This document shows, one piece after another, positions 26,999 to 38,429 of a DNA stretch of 64,000 nucleotides. Where the stretch lies: positions 202,225-266,224 of the forward strand of contig CAVTJG010000009.1 of the NCBI GenBank assembly GCA_963735025.1, in the 5' to 3' direction. Made by a program: the position numbers and the translations under genes. This DNA comes from an uncultured beta proteobacterium. GTDB lineage: Bacteria > Pseudomonadota > Gammaproteobacteria > Burkholderiales > SG8-39. Numbering within the stretch: the first letter of the stretch is position 1; every line of letters begins with the position of its first letter. Below the pieces are notes generated by a model, which worked only from the letters and a program-made list of their open reading frames with translations, was not told the DNA's origin and made no database searches.

Positions 26999-27754
26999 TC
27001 AAGCGCCCAGATTTAACACGATGCCGGAGAGGTGCGCTGCGCGATCGGAGGCGAGGAATGCCACCGTGTCGCCGACCTGCTCGGGCTCGATGATCTTCCC
27101 GAAGCTGCCGTCCTTCACGACGTCGTCGATGCGCGACTCGTCGCCGTACTTCTGCTTTGCCACATTGCGCATCAGCGTGACGATGCGATCGGTGCGCGTC
27201 GCGGGCGGGTGCACGGCCACGACGCGCACGCCGAACTGGGTCGACTTCTGCCCGAGGCCCTTGGTGAAGGCCGCGAGGCCCGCATTCGCCGTGGCGCCGC
27301 ACACGTACTCGAACGAGGGCTTCTCGCCGGCCATGCCGATCACGTTCACGATCACGCCATGGCCGCGGCCTTTCATGTGGCCGAGCATCGCGCGACTCAT
27401 GTTCACGTAGCCGAAGACCTTGAGGTCCCACGCATGGCGCCACGCATCCTCGTCGATGTCGAGCAGCGAGCCGCCCGGTATGTCGCCCGCGTTGTTCACC
27501 AGGATGTCGGCGGCGCTGCACGCCGCTGCAACCTTCTGCACGGCCGTGCTGTCGCGGAGATCGGCCGGATGAATCCCGATTTCGACCTTGTACTTGTCAC
27601 GCACCTGCTTGCGCGCGGCTTCGAGCCTTCCTGCGTCGCGCGAAACGAGATGCAGGTTGCAGCCCTCCGCGGCGAAGCTCATGGCACAGGCAAGCCCGAT
27701 GCCCTTCGACCCGCCGGTGACGAGAACGGTCTTGCCTTTCAGTCCGAGATCCAT
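26999..27754 (-). CDS. Short-chain dehydrogenase/reductase (SDR)
   Basis: MDLGLKGKTVLVTGGSKGIGLACA... Rossmann Gly motif, 251 aa. Confidence 0.85.
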   Translation of the reverse strand: MDLGLKGKTVLVTGGSKGIGLACAMSFAAEGCNLHLVSRDAGRLEAARKQVRDKYKVEIGIHPADLRDSTAVQKVAAACSAADILVNNAGDIPGGSLLDIDEDAWRHAWDLKVFGYVNMSRAMLGHMKGRGHGVIVNVIGMAGEKPSFEYVCGATANAGLAAFTKGLGQKSTQFGVRVVAVHPPATRTDRIVTLMRNVAKQKYGDESRIDDVVKDGSFGKIIEPEQVGDTVAFLASDRAAHLSGIVLNLGA

Positions 27755-27767
27755 GCCTCACTCCTTG

Positions 27768-28649
27768 TCACTTCTTGTCGAATCCGAGGATACCGCCCGC
27801 GACGGAGCGCGGATCGCGCGGTTCCCAGCGCCCCGCGTCCACGGCGGCAAGAAAGTCCGCGACCGTCGCATTAAAGGCGTCGGGCTCCTCAACGTTGATC
27901 GCGTGTCCCGAGCGCGGCATCACGACAAGGCCGGCACGCGCGATGTTGCGCTTGAGGAGAATTGCCGCCTCGAGACACGGATCGTCCTCGTCGCCGGTCA
28001 TCACGAGCGTGGGGACGTCCAGCCGCTGCATTTGGTCGACCAGCTCATAGAGCAGCGGGCGACGTATCTGCACGCCGCGCAGCGTGCGCACCACGCCCTC
28101 GAGCGGCCGGTTCGCAAATGCCTCGGACGCCGCGAGCCATCCACGCGGATCCTTGTTCCGGAAGCGAATCCGGGTCGGGCCCTCGGCATACTTCATGGCT
28201 GCTGCGGCGCCGGCCGTCTCGAAGCGTTGAGCGGCCGCTTCGCACTCTGCCCGGAAGTTCTCCTCCTCGCCCGGCTGCGCACCATAACCGCAGCCTGCAA
28301 CGACGAGTGACCGCGCGCGGTCGGGATACGCCAGGCCCACGTGCAGGGTCGCGAAGCCGCCCATCGACAGCCCGACCACGTGTGCCCGGTCCACTTCAAG
28401 ATGATCGAGCACCGCGATCACGTCGTCGCGAGCGCGCTCCTGCGAATAGCTCGCTGCGTCGGGAACGTCCGAGGGCACGTATCCTCGGGCGTTGTAGGCG
28501 ACGCAGCGGTAGCGCCGCGAGAAGAACCGCATCTGCGGCTCCCAGCTCTGGTAGTCGCCGGCAAGCTCGTGCACAAAGACGACGGTGGTGCCGCTGCCCG
28601 CCTCCTCGTAATAGAGCCGGACACCGTCGCTCGCAGTCGCGTGGGGCAT
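27768..28649 (-). CDS. Alpha/beta hydrolase
   Basis: MPHATASDGVRLYYEEAGSGTTVVFVHELAGD...VVGLSMGG (GxSxG)...SGHAINVEEP. SD GGAGGAAG before ATG 28649. Confidence 0.85.
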   Translation of the reverse strand: MPHATASDGVRLYYEEAGSGTTVVFVHELAGDYQSWEPQMRFFSRRYRCVAYNARGYVPSDVPDAASYSQERARDDVIAVLDHLEVDRAHVVGLSMGGFATLHVGLAYPDRARSLVVAGCGYGAQPGEEENFRAECEAAAQRFETAGAAAAMKYAEGPTRIRFRNKDPRGWLAASEAFANRPLEGVVRTLRGVQIRRPLLYELVDQMQRLDVPTLVMTGDEDDPCLEAAILLKRNIARAGLVVMPRSGHAINVEEPDAFNATVADFLAAVDAGRWEPRDPRSVAGGILGFDKK

Positions 28650-28796
28650 GGCTTCCTCCGGGTGGCGAAGTGAGAAGCCTACCGCGAAGCGCGCCGGTCT
28701 GGAACTTCGCCGGCAATGCGGTTGCTGCGACGCCCGCACCCGGACTAGACTGCAACGATCGCGGAGCGCACGCAGATCAAAATGCAAAGGTGGGAA

Positions 28797-29813
28797 ATGA
28801 AGAGGCTCGTGATGTTGGCCGGCACGGTGTCGCTGCTTCTCGCCGCAGCGCCGCAACCGGCCGCCGCGCAATCCACGCTCGACGCCGTCAAGGCGAAGGG
28901 GTACGTGCAATGCGGAGTCAACGTCGGTCTCGCCGGCTTCTCGCAGCCCGACTCGAAGGGCCAGTGGAAGGGGATCGACGTCGACCTGTGCCGTGCGGTT
29001 GCCGCAGCCGTGTTCGGCGACGCGACGAAGGTGCGGTACACGCCGCTCACCGCGCAACAGCGGTTCACCGCACTCCAGTCCGGCGAGGTCGACATCCTGT
29101 CGCGCAACACGACCTGGACGGCGACGCGCGATTCGAGCCTCGGGCTCAATTTCACGGGGGTGATCTACTACGACGGCCAGGGCTTCATGGTGCCCAAAAA
29201 GCTCAACGTGAAGAGCGCCAAGCAGCTGAATGGCGCGACCGTGTGCGTGCAGCCGGGCACCACGACAGAACTCAACCTTGCAGATTACTTTCGCGCCAAC
29301 AAGATGACTTTCAAGCCGGTGGTCATCGAGAAGCTCGAAGAGGTGCTCAACGCCTACTTCGCCGGACGTTGCGACGTCTACACGACCGACATCTCGGGAC
29401 TGGTGGCGGTACGAGCGTCGCGCGCACCGAACCCTGCCGACCACGTGATCCTTCCCGAAGTGATCTCGAAGGAGCCGCTCGGGCCGGTGGTGCGGCACGG
29501 CGACGACAAGTGGTTCGACATCGTCAAGTGGACGCTCTTTGCAATGATCGAGGCGGAGGAGCTGGGGCTCTCATCGAAAAGCATCGCGCAGAGCCTGTCC
29601 AGCGCCAATCCTTCGATCCAGCGCTTCGTGGGCGCGACCGGTGACATCGGCAAGATGCTCGGCCTGGACAATCGCTGGGCATTCAACGTCGTCCGGCAGG
29701 TCGGCAACTACGGCGAAGTCTTCGACGCAAACCTCAAGCCGCTCGGATTCGACCGCGGGATCAACAATCTCTGGACGAATGGTGGTCTGATGTACGCTCC
29801 ACCGATCCGGTAG
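28797..29813 (+). CDS. aapJ: General L-amino-acid ABC transporter periplasmic binding protein (AapJ/BztA type)
   Basis: MKRLVMLAGTVSLLLAAAPQPAAAQSTLDAVKAKGYVQCGVNVGLAGFSQPDSKGQWKGIDVDLCRAVAAAVFGD... Confidence 0.85.
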   Translation: MKRLVMLAGTVSLLLAAAPQPAAAQSTLDAVKAKGYVQCGVNVGLAGFSQPDSKGQWKGIDVDLCRAVAAAVFGDATKVRYTPLTAQQRFTALQSGEVDILSRNTTWTATRDSSLGLNFTGVIYYDGQGFMVPKKLNVKSAKQLNGATVCVQPGTTTELNLADYFRANKMTFKPVVIEKLEEVLNAYFAGRCDVYTTDISGLVAVRASRAPNPADHVILPEVISKEPLGPVVRHGDDKWFDIVKWTLFAMIEAEELGLSSKSIAQSLSSANPSIQRFVGATGDIGKMLGLDNRWAFNVVRQVGNYGEVFDANLKPLGFDRGINNLWTNGGLMYAPPIR

Positions 29814-29870
29814 CCGGCCGCGCGGTATCCTAACGCGAGCCGCGATGCGGCGCTCGGCGAGAGGGGGGAG

Positions 29871-31409
29871 ATGACGCAGCAGAGCGAGCAGATCGATCGC
29901 GGCGGCGGCCTGCGCGGCTTCGCGCTGCTGCTCGCGCTATCCGTGCTGCTCCTCGGGCTGGCGAGCTGGCTTGAGGGTAGCTCGGCATTGCGCCATCCGT
30001 TGCGCTGGCTCGCGACGCTCGACCAGTCCGCCGCACTCGCGGTGCTCATCGCCGCGGGCCAGGTCGTCGCGGGGATGCTCGCGATTCTGATCACCGTCGT
30101 CGCGATCGTGGTGCAGCTTGCCGCGACCCGCTACACGCATCGCGTCACCACGCTGTTCGTGCGCGACCGCGTCAACCAGGCAGTGATGACGCTATTCGTG
30201 CTCACGACGGCGCTCTGCATCTGGCTTGCGCTGGTGCTCACCGGGGAGGTGCACGACGCACCGATCGTTCCCCGCGGCGGCTTCCTCCTTGCCATGGGTC
30301 TGATGACCGCATGCGTGGTCGCGCTCGTCCCGTATTTCGGCTACGTGTTCCGCTTCGTCTCGCCGCTTGGCGTGATTCGCCGCATCCGGTCCGCCGCGCT
30401 GAACGAGGCGGAAAGCGCGGTAACGGGTGACCCGCATGCCGCGGAGCTCGCCGTGATCGAGAGCATCGAGGAGCTCGAGGACGTCGCGCGCGGCGCCATG
30501 AACAACTACGACCGCGCCATCGCAATGGCCGCCATCGAGGCGCTCGCGACGCTGCTCACGGACGTCGAGCGACTTCGGAGCACGCTGCCCGCGGAATGGT
30601 TTCGCGTCGACGAAGCCATCGCTCGCGACCCGGATTTCGTCTCGATGTCCAGGACTGCGCTCGACGAGGTTGCCCGCACGGGAAGCTGGTTCGAATCAAA
30701 GATTCTGCGCCAGTACCATGCGCTCTTCATCGATGCCGTCAATAGCGCGCGCGACGTGGCGGGCATGATCGCAATCCACACGCGCCGGCTGGGTGAGCAG
30801 AGCGGGGCCGGGCGACCGGAGCTCGTGGTGCTGTGCCAGCGCGCCTTCAACAGCTACCTGCGCGCGGCGATCAACGGGTCGGACGCGCGCACCGCCTATT
30901 ACGTGCTGCACCAGTACCGCATGTTCGGCGAGACGCTGCTTGCCCGCGGCGAGGAGCCGGCAGTGGTCGAGGTGGCGAGCCGCATCCGGCATTACGGCAG
31001 AGTGGCCAGGGCGAGCGGCCTCCCCTTCCTGCTCGAGGTCGCGGCCTACGACGTCGCCCAGCTCGTCGAGGTCGCCGTCGATAAGCCCGGCGTGCGCGAC
31101 GCGTTATTGAACTTGCTGCTCACGATGGATCAGCTGGGAGCGCAGAATCTGCCCGGGGTGCGGCGCGCCCAGGCGCAGCTCGCGACCTTCTTCCTCGTGC
31201 GCGGCGATACCGATACGGCGCGGCGCATCGCTGGCGACTTGGCGGGCGAGCGGCGCGAGCTGCTCGCGAGCATCCGCTTGGACATCGAGCGCGAGGTCTC
31301 GCCCCACTATTCCGAGATCGAGAATCGTGGCGCCAACTTCTCCTATCTTCCTCCCGAGCGTCGTGCGCAGCTCGACGCCCTCTACGCCATGCTGGGGGCT
31401 GCGGGATGA
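29871..31409 (+). CDS. Membrane protein, four N-terminal TM helices plus ~330-aa soluble domain (DUF2254-like)
   Basis: 512-aa ORF with SD GGGGGGAG. The hydrophobic helices lie in residues ~15-160. The family assignment is from memory only. Confidence 0.6.
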   Translation: MTQQSEQIDRGGGLRGFALLLALSVLLLGLASWLEGSSALRHPLRWLATLDQSAALAVLIAAGQVVAGMLAILITVVAIVVQLAATRYTHRVTTLFVRDRVNQAVMTLFVLTTALCIWLALVLTGEVHDAPIVPRGGFLLAMGLMTACVVALVPYFGYVFRFVSPLGVIRRIRSAALNEAESAVTGDPHAAELAVIESIEELEDVARGAMNNYDRAIAMAAIEALATLLTDVERLRSTLPAEWFRVDEAIARDPDFVSMSRTALDEVARTGSWFESKILRQYHALFIDAVNSARDVAGMIAIHTRRLGEQSGAGRPELVVLCQRAFNSYLRAAINGSDARTAYYVLHQYRMFGETLLARGEEPAVVEVASRIRHYGRVARASGLPFLLEVAAYDVAQLVEVAVDKPGVRDALLNLLLTMDQLGAQNLPGVRRAQAQLATFFLVRGDTDTARRIAGDLAGERRELLASIRLDIEREVSPHYSEIENRGANFSYLPPERRAQLDALYAMLGAAG

Positions 31410-31455
31410 ATCGGATCGCTCGATACGTGCGTCAACTCGTGGAGTAAGGTCGGTC

Positions 31456-31611
31456 ATGCCCGGCAAAGCGCTTACGCCCGTACAGATCGTCAATAAGCTG
31501 CAGCGCATCGCGCGCCTCACCGCGAGCGGCAAAATGCCGGCGCAGGCGTGCAAGCAGGCGGGCATCGACGAGCGGACCTACAAGCGCTGGCGCAAGGAGT
31601 ACGGCACGCTG
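31456..31611 (+). mobile_element. IS3-family OrfA-like helix-turn-helix segment forming the N-terminus of the GAF kinase ORF (IS remnant / domesticated HTH)
   Basis: MPGKALTPVQIVNKLQRIARLTASGKMPAQACKQAGIDERTYKRWRKEYGTL resembles the IS3 OrfA pattern (sPEQIixKLRexE...G...eaCRxxGisexTyYRWRKEYGGl). No OrfB/DDE transposase is present anywhere in the window. Confidence 0.45.
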
Positions 31612-31698
31612 GCGACGCGGCTCGCCAAGGCGAACGGCGGAAGCGCCCCCGGGGATCGCGTAACCGGCGACGCCGCTCTCGCCGCCGCCCGGGCGCAG

Positions 31699-34600
31699 CA
31701 GGCTGCGACCGCCGAGATCCTGCGCCTCATCAGCGACTCACCGACCGACCCGCAACCGATCTTCGATGCGATCGTGAAAAGCGCGGTGCGATTGTGCGGT
31801 GCCGTGTACAGCGCAGCGATGAGGGTGGAAAGCGGCCTGGTGCACCTCGTCGCCCAGCACGACTGGCCGGAAGAAGGCTGGGCGCTCGCGCGGCAGATAT
31901 TCCCGATGCCGCTCGATCGCGAACATCTCACTGCAGTTGCCATCCGGGAAAGCCGCGTCATCCACGTCGACCACCTGCAGGACAATCCCGATCTCCCCGT
32001 ATCGTCGCGCGAACTCGCGCGTGTCACCGGCTACCAGGCGCTTCTGGTCGTACCGATGATCCGGGGCTCGGAAGCGATCGGCGCGATCGCCGTGGCGCGG
32101 AAGACCGCGTTCACGGACGATCAGGTCGCGCTCCTCAAGTCCTTCGCCGACCAGGCGGTGATCGCCATCGAGAACACGCGCCTGTTCAACGAGACCCAGG
32201 AAGCGCTCGAGCGGCAGACCGCGACCGCCGAGATCCTGGAGGTCATCAGCCGGTCGCAGAGCGACCTGCAGCCGGTCTTCGACACGATCGCGGCGAGCTC
32301 GAAGCGGCTCTGTAGCGGCGATCAGGGCGTGGTCGTTCACCTTCGATGGCGAGCTGCTCCACATTGGCAGCTGTCGCGGCGCGTGAACGACTCCCGAAGA
32401 GCGAGAATAGCGCGCGACGATCATGGCCCGCGGCCGCGCCGACCGCGGCACCGTGGCAGGGCGAGCGGTCCTCACGCGCGCGACCGTCACAAGTCCCCGA
32501 CGTGCTCGAGGACCCGGAGTGCCAGCACGCGGGTGTTGCACAGGTCGGCGGCTGGCGCGGCATTGCCTCGGTCGCCGATGCTGCGCGAGGGAAACCTCAT
32601 CGGCGCGATCGTCGTTGCGCCGCCGAAGCCCGCGCCTTTCACCGATCACCAGGTCGCGCTGCTCAAGACCTTCGCCGACCAGGCGGTAATCGCGATCGAG
32701 AACGTGCGCCTGTTCAACGAGACCAAGGAGGCGCTCGAGCGGCAGACCGCGACCGCGGAGATGCTCAGCGTGATCGGAAGTTCGCCGACGGACACGCAGC
32801 CGGTGTTCGAGGCGATCGTGAACAGCGGGCTTGGGCTGTTCCCAGGCGCGATGATCACCGTCGCGCGTCCCGAAGGCGACCTTGTACGTGCAGCGGCGAT
32901 AGCGCACGACGACTCCGCGATGGTCGCAGGGTGGAGCGGAAAGGTTCACAACCCCGCTCTCCCGCGATCGTCTGCACGGCGCGGCGATTCTCGACGCCAT
33001 GCTTATCGACATTCCGGACGCGCGGGCCGAGGCAGACGGGCCTCTTGCGCCGGGCATTCGCAATTTTCTGTTGAGCGGCAATCGCGCGATCACGGTCATG
33101 CCGATGCTGCGTGGCAAGGACGCCATCGGCGTGATCAGCGTGACACGCGCTGTGCCCGGACTCCTGAGCGACAAGCAACTCTCGATCTTGCACACCTTCG
33201 CCGACCAGGCCGTGATCGCGATCGAGAACGTGCGCCTGTTCAACGAGACAAGAGAAGCGCTCGAGCAACAGACCGCAACCGCGGAAATACTCAAGGTCAT
33301 CAGCGAGTCGCCCACCGACGTGCAGCCGGTGTTCGACGCAATCGTGGCAAGTTGCACCCGCCTCCTTGCCTGCAACCATGCAACGCTGCGGCTGGTGAAA
33401 GGAGATCATGCCGAGTTCGCGGCGAGCAATTCGACGATCGGAGGGAAAACGGTCGTCGAATCTCCCATGTCGATCCACGACGACAGCATGCCCGTTTCGC
33501 ATGCGGTAGCGCGCCGGGAGGTGGTGCAGATTCCGGATACATCGGCGGAAGGCGTCTCCGTGCAGATGAAACAACGTGGCGAGCAGCGCGGCTTTCGCTC
33601 GCTCATGGTCGCGCCCCTGCTGCGGGACAACGATGTGATCGGCACGATCAATGTGCATCGCGCGACGCCCGGGCGCTTCACGGAAAAGGAAGTCGCGCTT
33701 CTCGAGACCTTCGCGAGCCAGGCGGTGATCGCGATCGCGAACGTGCGCCTCTTCAACGAGACCCGCGAGGCGCTCGAGCAGCAGAAGGCGTCGGGCGAAG
33801 TGCTGAGCGTGATCAGCAACTCGATCGCGGATGCGCAGCCGGTGTTCGAGAAGATCGTCGAGAGCTGCGAGCGACTGTTCCCCGGTGGCAAGATTGGGCT
33901 CAACCTTATCGGTCCGGATGGACTGGTGCATGCAGGCGCCTACGGAAACTTCCCCGGGGCGGCCAAGTTGAGGAAGGAGCACTTCCCTCACCCGGCCGCC
34001 GGGTCGGCTACCGGTGCTGCGATCGACGCGGGTGGGGTCATTCACTTTCCCGACGCGCTCGGCGATCCCGACGTCCCGCCATTCGCCCGGAGTGGAGCCG
34101 AGGCGGTGGGCTTTCGGGCGTTCATCGCGGCGCCGCTGCTGTCGGAGGGCCGTGGCCTCGGCGCGATCTTCGTCGGGCGTGGTGCGGTCGGTTCCTTCAC
34201 CGAAAAGGAGATCGCACTCCTCAGGACGTTCGCCGATCAGGCAGTGATCGCCATCCAGAACGCGCGCCTCTTCAATGAAACAAAGGAGGCACTCGAGCGG
34301 CAGACGGCGACGAGCGGCATTCTCGAAGTCATGAGCGGGTCCCCGACGGACGTTCAGCCCGTCTTCGACGCGATCGTAAAGAGCGGGGCGCGGTTGTTCA
34401 GTGGTGCCGGGGTGGCTATTGCGCTTCCCGATGCCGGCCAGGTGCGGCTCGCGTCGATCGCGGACGAAGACCCGGAACGATGCGCGAGATGGGCAGCGAG
34501 CTACCCGTTTCCTTTGACACGGGACTACATGCATGCGACGGCAATCCTGGACCGAAGAGTGATCGATGTACCGGACGCGCTCGACCCGCCCGCGCAGTGG

Positions 34601-36910
34601 GCGGCCGGAATCGAAAACTTCGTCCGCACCGGCTATCGCGCCATCACGATCATTCCGATGATGCGCGGCAATACCGACTTCGGCACGGTCAGCGTGGTGC
34701 GCATGGCGCCCGGACCGTTGACGGACAAGCAATACGCGATCCTGAAGACGTTCGCCGACCAGGCGGTGATCGCGATCGAGAACGTGCGCCTCTTCAACGA
34801 GACCAAGGAGGCGCTCGAGCAGCAACGCGCCTCGGGCGAGGTACTGAGCGCGATCAGCGAGTCGATCGCCGACACCGAGCCGGTGTTCGAGAAGATCCTC
34901 GAGAGCTGCGAGCGCCTGTTTGCGGTACGTCAGGTCGGAATCAACCGGGTCGGCGAGGACGGCAAGGTGCACCTCGCGGCCTTCCACGGGCCTGGACGCG
35001 AGATGCTCGATCGGATCTTCCCGCTCTCCCTCGAAGGGGATTCGGGCTCGAGCATCTGCCTGCGGGAACGGCGCGTGGTCCACTATCCGGATGCGCAAGA
35101 AGGCGCCGACGTGCCGTCGACGACGCGCCAGAGCTGCATTGCGACCGGCTTCCGCTCCATCCTCTTCGCGCCGATGCTCTGGGAGGGGCGAGGGATCGGC
35201 GTGCTGTTCATGGGCCGCGACCGGGTCGCTCCCTTCACCGAGAAGGAGATCGCTCAGTTCAAGACCTTCGCCGACCAGGCGGTCATCGCGATGCAGAACG
35301 CGCGCATGTTCAACGAGACCAGGGAGGCGCTCGAGCAGCAGACCGCGCTCAGCGAGATACTCGGCGTAATCTCGTCCTCGCCAACCGATGTCATACCCAT
35401 GTTGCACGCGGTCGCCGAGCGGGCGGGAAAATTGTGCGACGCCGACGTCTCGAACGTCCTGCTCGTGGAGGGCGAGGCGCAGCGTCTTGCCTCGAACTAC
35501 GTCAAGGACGGCGTTGCGAATCCGTTCGCCGGTCAGGGCCCAATGGTCCTTTCCCTCAGTCGCGGCTCGGTGTCGGGCCGCGCAATCATCGACCGCACTG
35601 CGGTGAACGTCCTCGACATGGGCGAGGCACCTGAGGATGAGTACCCGGTCGGCCGCGAGGTCTCGCAGCGGTTCGGCGTTCGAACCGTATTCGGAACCCC
35701 GCTGATGCGCGAAGGGCGTGCAATCGGCGCAATCGTCCTGGTCCGCATGCGAAAACAGGCATATTCGGACAAGCAAATCGCTCTGGTGCGGACCTTCGCC
35801 GACCAGGCGGCAATCGGCATCGCGAACGTGCGCCTGTTCAACGAGACCAAGGAGGCGCTCGACCAGCAGACCGCCTCGGCCGAGGTGCTGCGGGTAATCA
35901 GCAGCTCGCTCGCGGATGCCAAGCCGGTGTTCGAGATGATCCTGCAAAGCTGGAGCGGCCTGCTGGCGTGCCGGCACGACGGGGATCACGATAGCGGGCG
36001 AGGAGGGAAACGTCTTGAACCTTGGCGCATACCTCGGACCCGACGAAGAAGATGATGGAACGCATGTATCCCATGCCGCTCGAGGGTTCTGCCTCAGGAT
36101 TGGCGATTGTCGAACGCCGCGTGCTGCACTATCCGGATATCGACACGTGGGGCGAACGTGCCCGACCCTGTCCGCCGGGCCGCGAAAGTTACTGGCATTA
36201 CATCGTTCATCTTGTACGCCCTTGCTAGGCAAGGAGCGGGCGATCGGTACCATCTTCATGGGGCGCACTTAGTCGGCGCGTTCTCCGACAAGGAGATCGC
36301 GCTGCTCAGGACCTTCGCCGACCAGGCGGTCATCGCGATCGAGAACGCGCGCCTCTTCAAGGAGCTGGAGACGCGCACCGCCGAGCTCAGCCGCTCGGTC
36401 GAGCAGTTGACCGCGCTCAGTGAGGTCGGTCGCGCGGTCAGCGCGAGCCTTGACCTGGATACGGTTCTCACCACCATCGTGACCCAGGCAGTGCAGCTCT
36501 CCGGCCTCGACGGGGGCAACATCTACGAGTACGACGCGGAGCGGGAGGAGTTCGCGCTGCGGACCGCGCTTGGGGTGAATGCCCAGCTGGAGCAGCAGAT
36601 TCGGGAGACTCGGTTGCGCAAGGGCGAGGGCGCGATCGGCAGGGTCGCCGTGACGCTTGCGCCCGTGCAGTTCCCGGACATCCTCGCAGAGAGCAACTAC
36701 GACAGCCGCCTGCGCGAGAGCCTCGTCCATGCGGGCGCGCGCGCGGTGCTGGCTATTCCGCTCCTGCGCGAGGGCCAGCTCGTCGGGGGCCTCGTCGTGC
36801 TTCGCAACCAGCCGGGTGAGTTCGCGAAGAATGTCGTCGAGCTGCTGACCACATTCGCCGCCCAGTCGGCGCTGGCCATGCAGAACGCGCGCCTGTTCGC
36901 GGAGCTCGAG
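31699..36910 (+). repeat. Tandem array of ten GAF modules with a ~520-bp period (coding repeat)
   Basis: The linker core TTCGC(C/G)GA(C/G)CAGGCGG starts at 32143, 32671, 33197, 33710, 34229, 34751, 35267, 35795 and 36314 (spacings 513-528 bp). It is followed each time by a ...RLFNET.EALE.Q.A... helix. Confidence 0.85.
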
Positions 36911-36940
36911 CTGGCAAGCAAGCACAAGACCGAGTTCCTC

Positions 36941-36982
<42 letters not shown>

Positions 36983-37425
36983 ATCGGCTACAGCGAGATG
37001 CTGCAGGAGGACGCCGAGGACGCTCGGCACGGAGCCTTCGTGCCCGACCTGAAGAAGATCAACGCCGCGGGCCGGCACCTGCTGGAGCTGATCAACGACG
37101 TGCTGGACCTGTCCAAGATCGAGGCCGGCAAGATGGAGCTGCACCTCGAGGACTTCGGCGTCGCGGGCATGCTCGACGACATCGCCGCCGTCGATCCAGC
37201 CGCTGGTGGAGAAGAACGCGCAACCGCCTGGCGATACGCTGGGACGCCGCGCTCGGGCAGCCATGCACGCCGACCTCACCAAGGTCACGCCAGGTGCTGT
37301 TCAACCTGCTCAGCAACGCCTGCAAGTTCACCGAGAACGGCACGATCTCGCTCGGCGTGACGCGCGAAAGCGGGACGGACGGCGACTGGTGATGTTCGCG
37401 GTGCGCGACACCGGCATCGGCATGA

Positions 37426-37686
<261 letters not shown>

Positions 37687-38429
37687 TGATCGACGACGAC
37701 GCCGACGTCAGGGATCTGATGCAGCGCTTCTCGCCAAGGAAGGCTATCGCGTGGTGGTCACCGCAGCCGGCGGCGAGGAAGGCCTGCGGCTGGCCGAGAG
37801 CTGCGGCCGGACGCGATCACGCTGGACGTGATGATGCCGGGCATGGACGGCTGGGCGGTGCTGTCGGCGCTCAAGGCCGACGCGCGAACTGCGCGACATC
37901 CCGGTCGTCATGCTGACGATCATGGACAACAAGAACCTCGGCTACGCGCTCGGCGCCGCCGACTACCTGATCAAGCCCATCGACCGCGAGCGGCTCATCG
38001 GATGCCCTTGCGCAGTTCCGGCCGCGACCTGCCCGATCCTGGTCGTGGACGACGACGCGGCGCTGCGCGCGAGCTCTTGCGCCGCATCCTCGAGAAGGAC
38101 GGCTACACCGTGGTCGAAGCCGAGAACGGGCGCGAGGCGCTGGCGCGTGCTCGACGCAGGTCTCGCCGGGACTGATCCTGCTCGACCTGATGATGCCGGA
38201 GATGGACGGCTTCGAGCTCGTGGCTGAGCTGCGCGCGGCACGAGGCATGGCGGGCCATCCCGGTCATGGTCATCACGGCCAAGGAGCTGACGGCCGAGGA
38301 CCGGCGCAGGCTGAACGGATACGTCGAGCGGATCCTGCAGAAAGGGACTGCCATCGCGCGACGCGCTGCTGCGCGAGGTCGGCGATTCGTGGCAGCGCTC
38401 CATGGCCCATCCAAGGGAGCACGCAAGTC

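Noticed and set aside
25904-28649. TIR gene plus upstream SDR and alpha/beta hydrolase as a Thoeris-like or other known TIR defence operon
   Set aside because: There is no ThsA-type (SIR2/Macro/SLOG-TM) effector and no other known partner. SDR and alpha/beta hydrolase are generic metabolic families. I therefore report the TIR protein as an orphan of unknown system rather than calling a known defence system.
31407-31611. An active IS3-family insertion sequence
   Set aside because: Only an OrfA-like HTH of ~50 residues is present. There is no frameshift motif, no OrfB/DDE transposase, no right inverted repeat and no target-site duplication that I can identify. At most it is an IS scar or domesticated domain.
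32855-36268. A 1137-aa minus-strand ORF, the longest in the track
   Set aside because: It is the antisense shadow of the GAF array. It is Arg/Gly/Asp/His-rich low-complexity sequence with no recognisable motifs, whereas the + strand carries repeated, clearly conserved GAF and linker peptides.
32143-36400. A regularly spaced ~60-90 bp repeat with ~440-bp unique spacers, superficially CRISPR-like
   Set aside because: The repeats are the conserved coding linkers between GAF domains (FADQAVIAIENVRLFNET...). The 'spacers' are GAF-domain coding sequence in the same gene. The period (~520 bp) and repeat degeneracy are wrong for CRISPR, and no cas genes are present.
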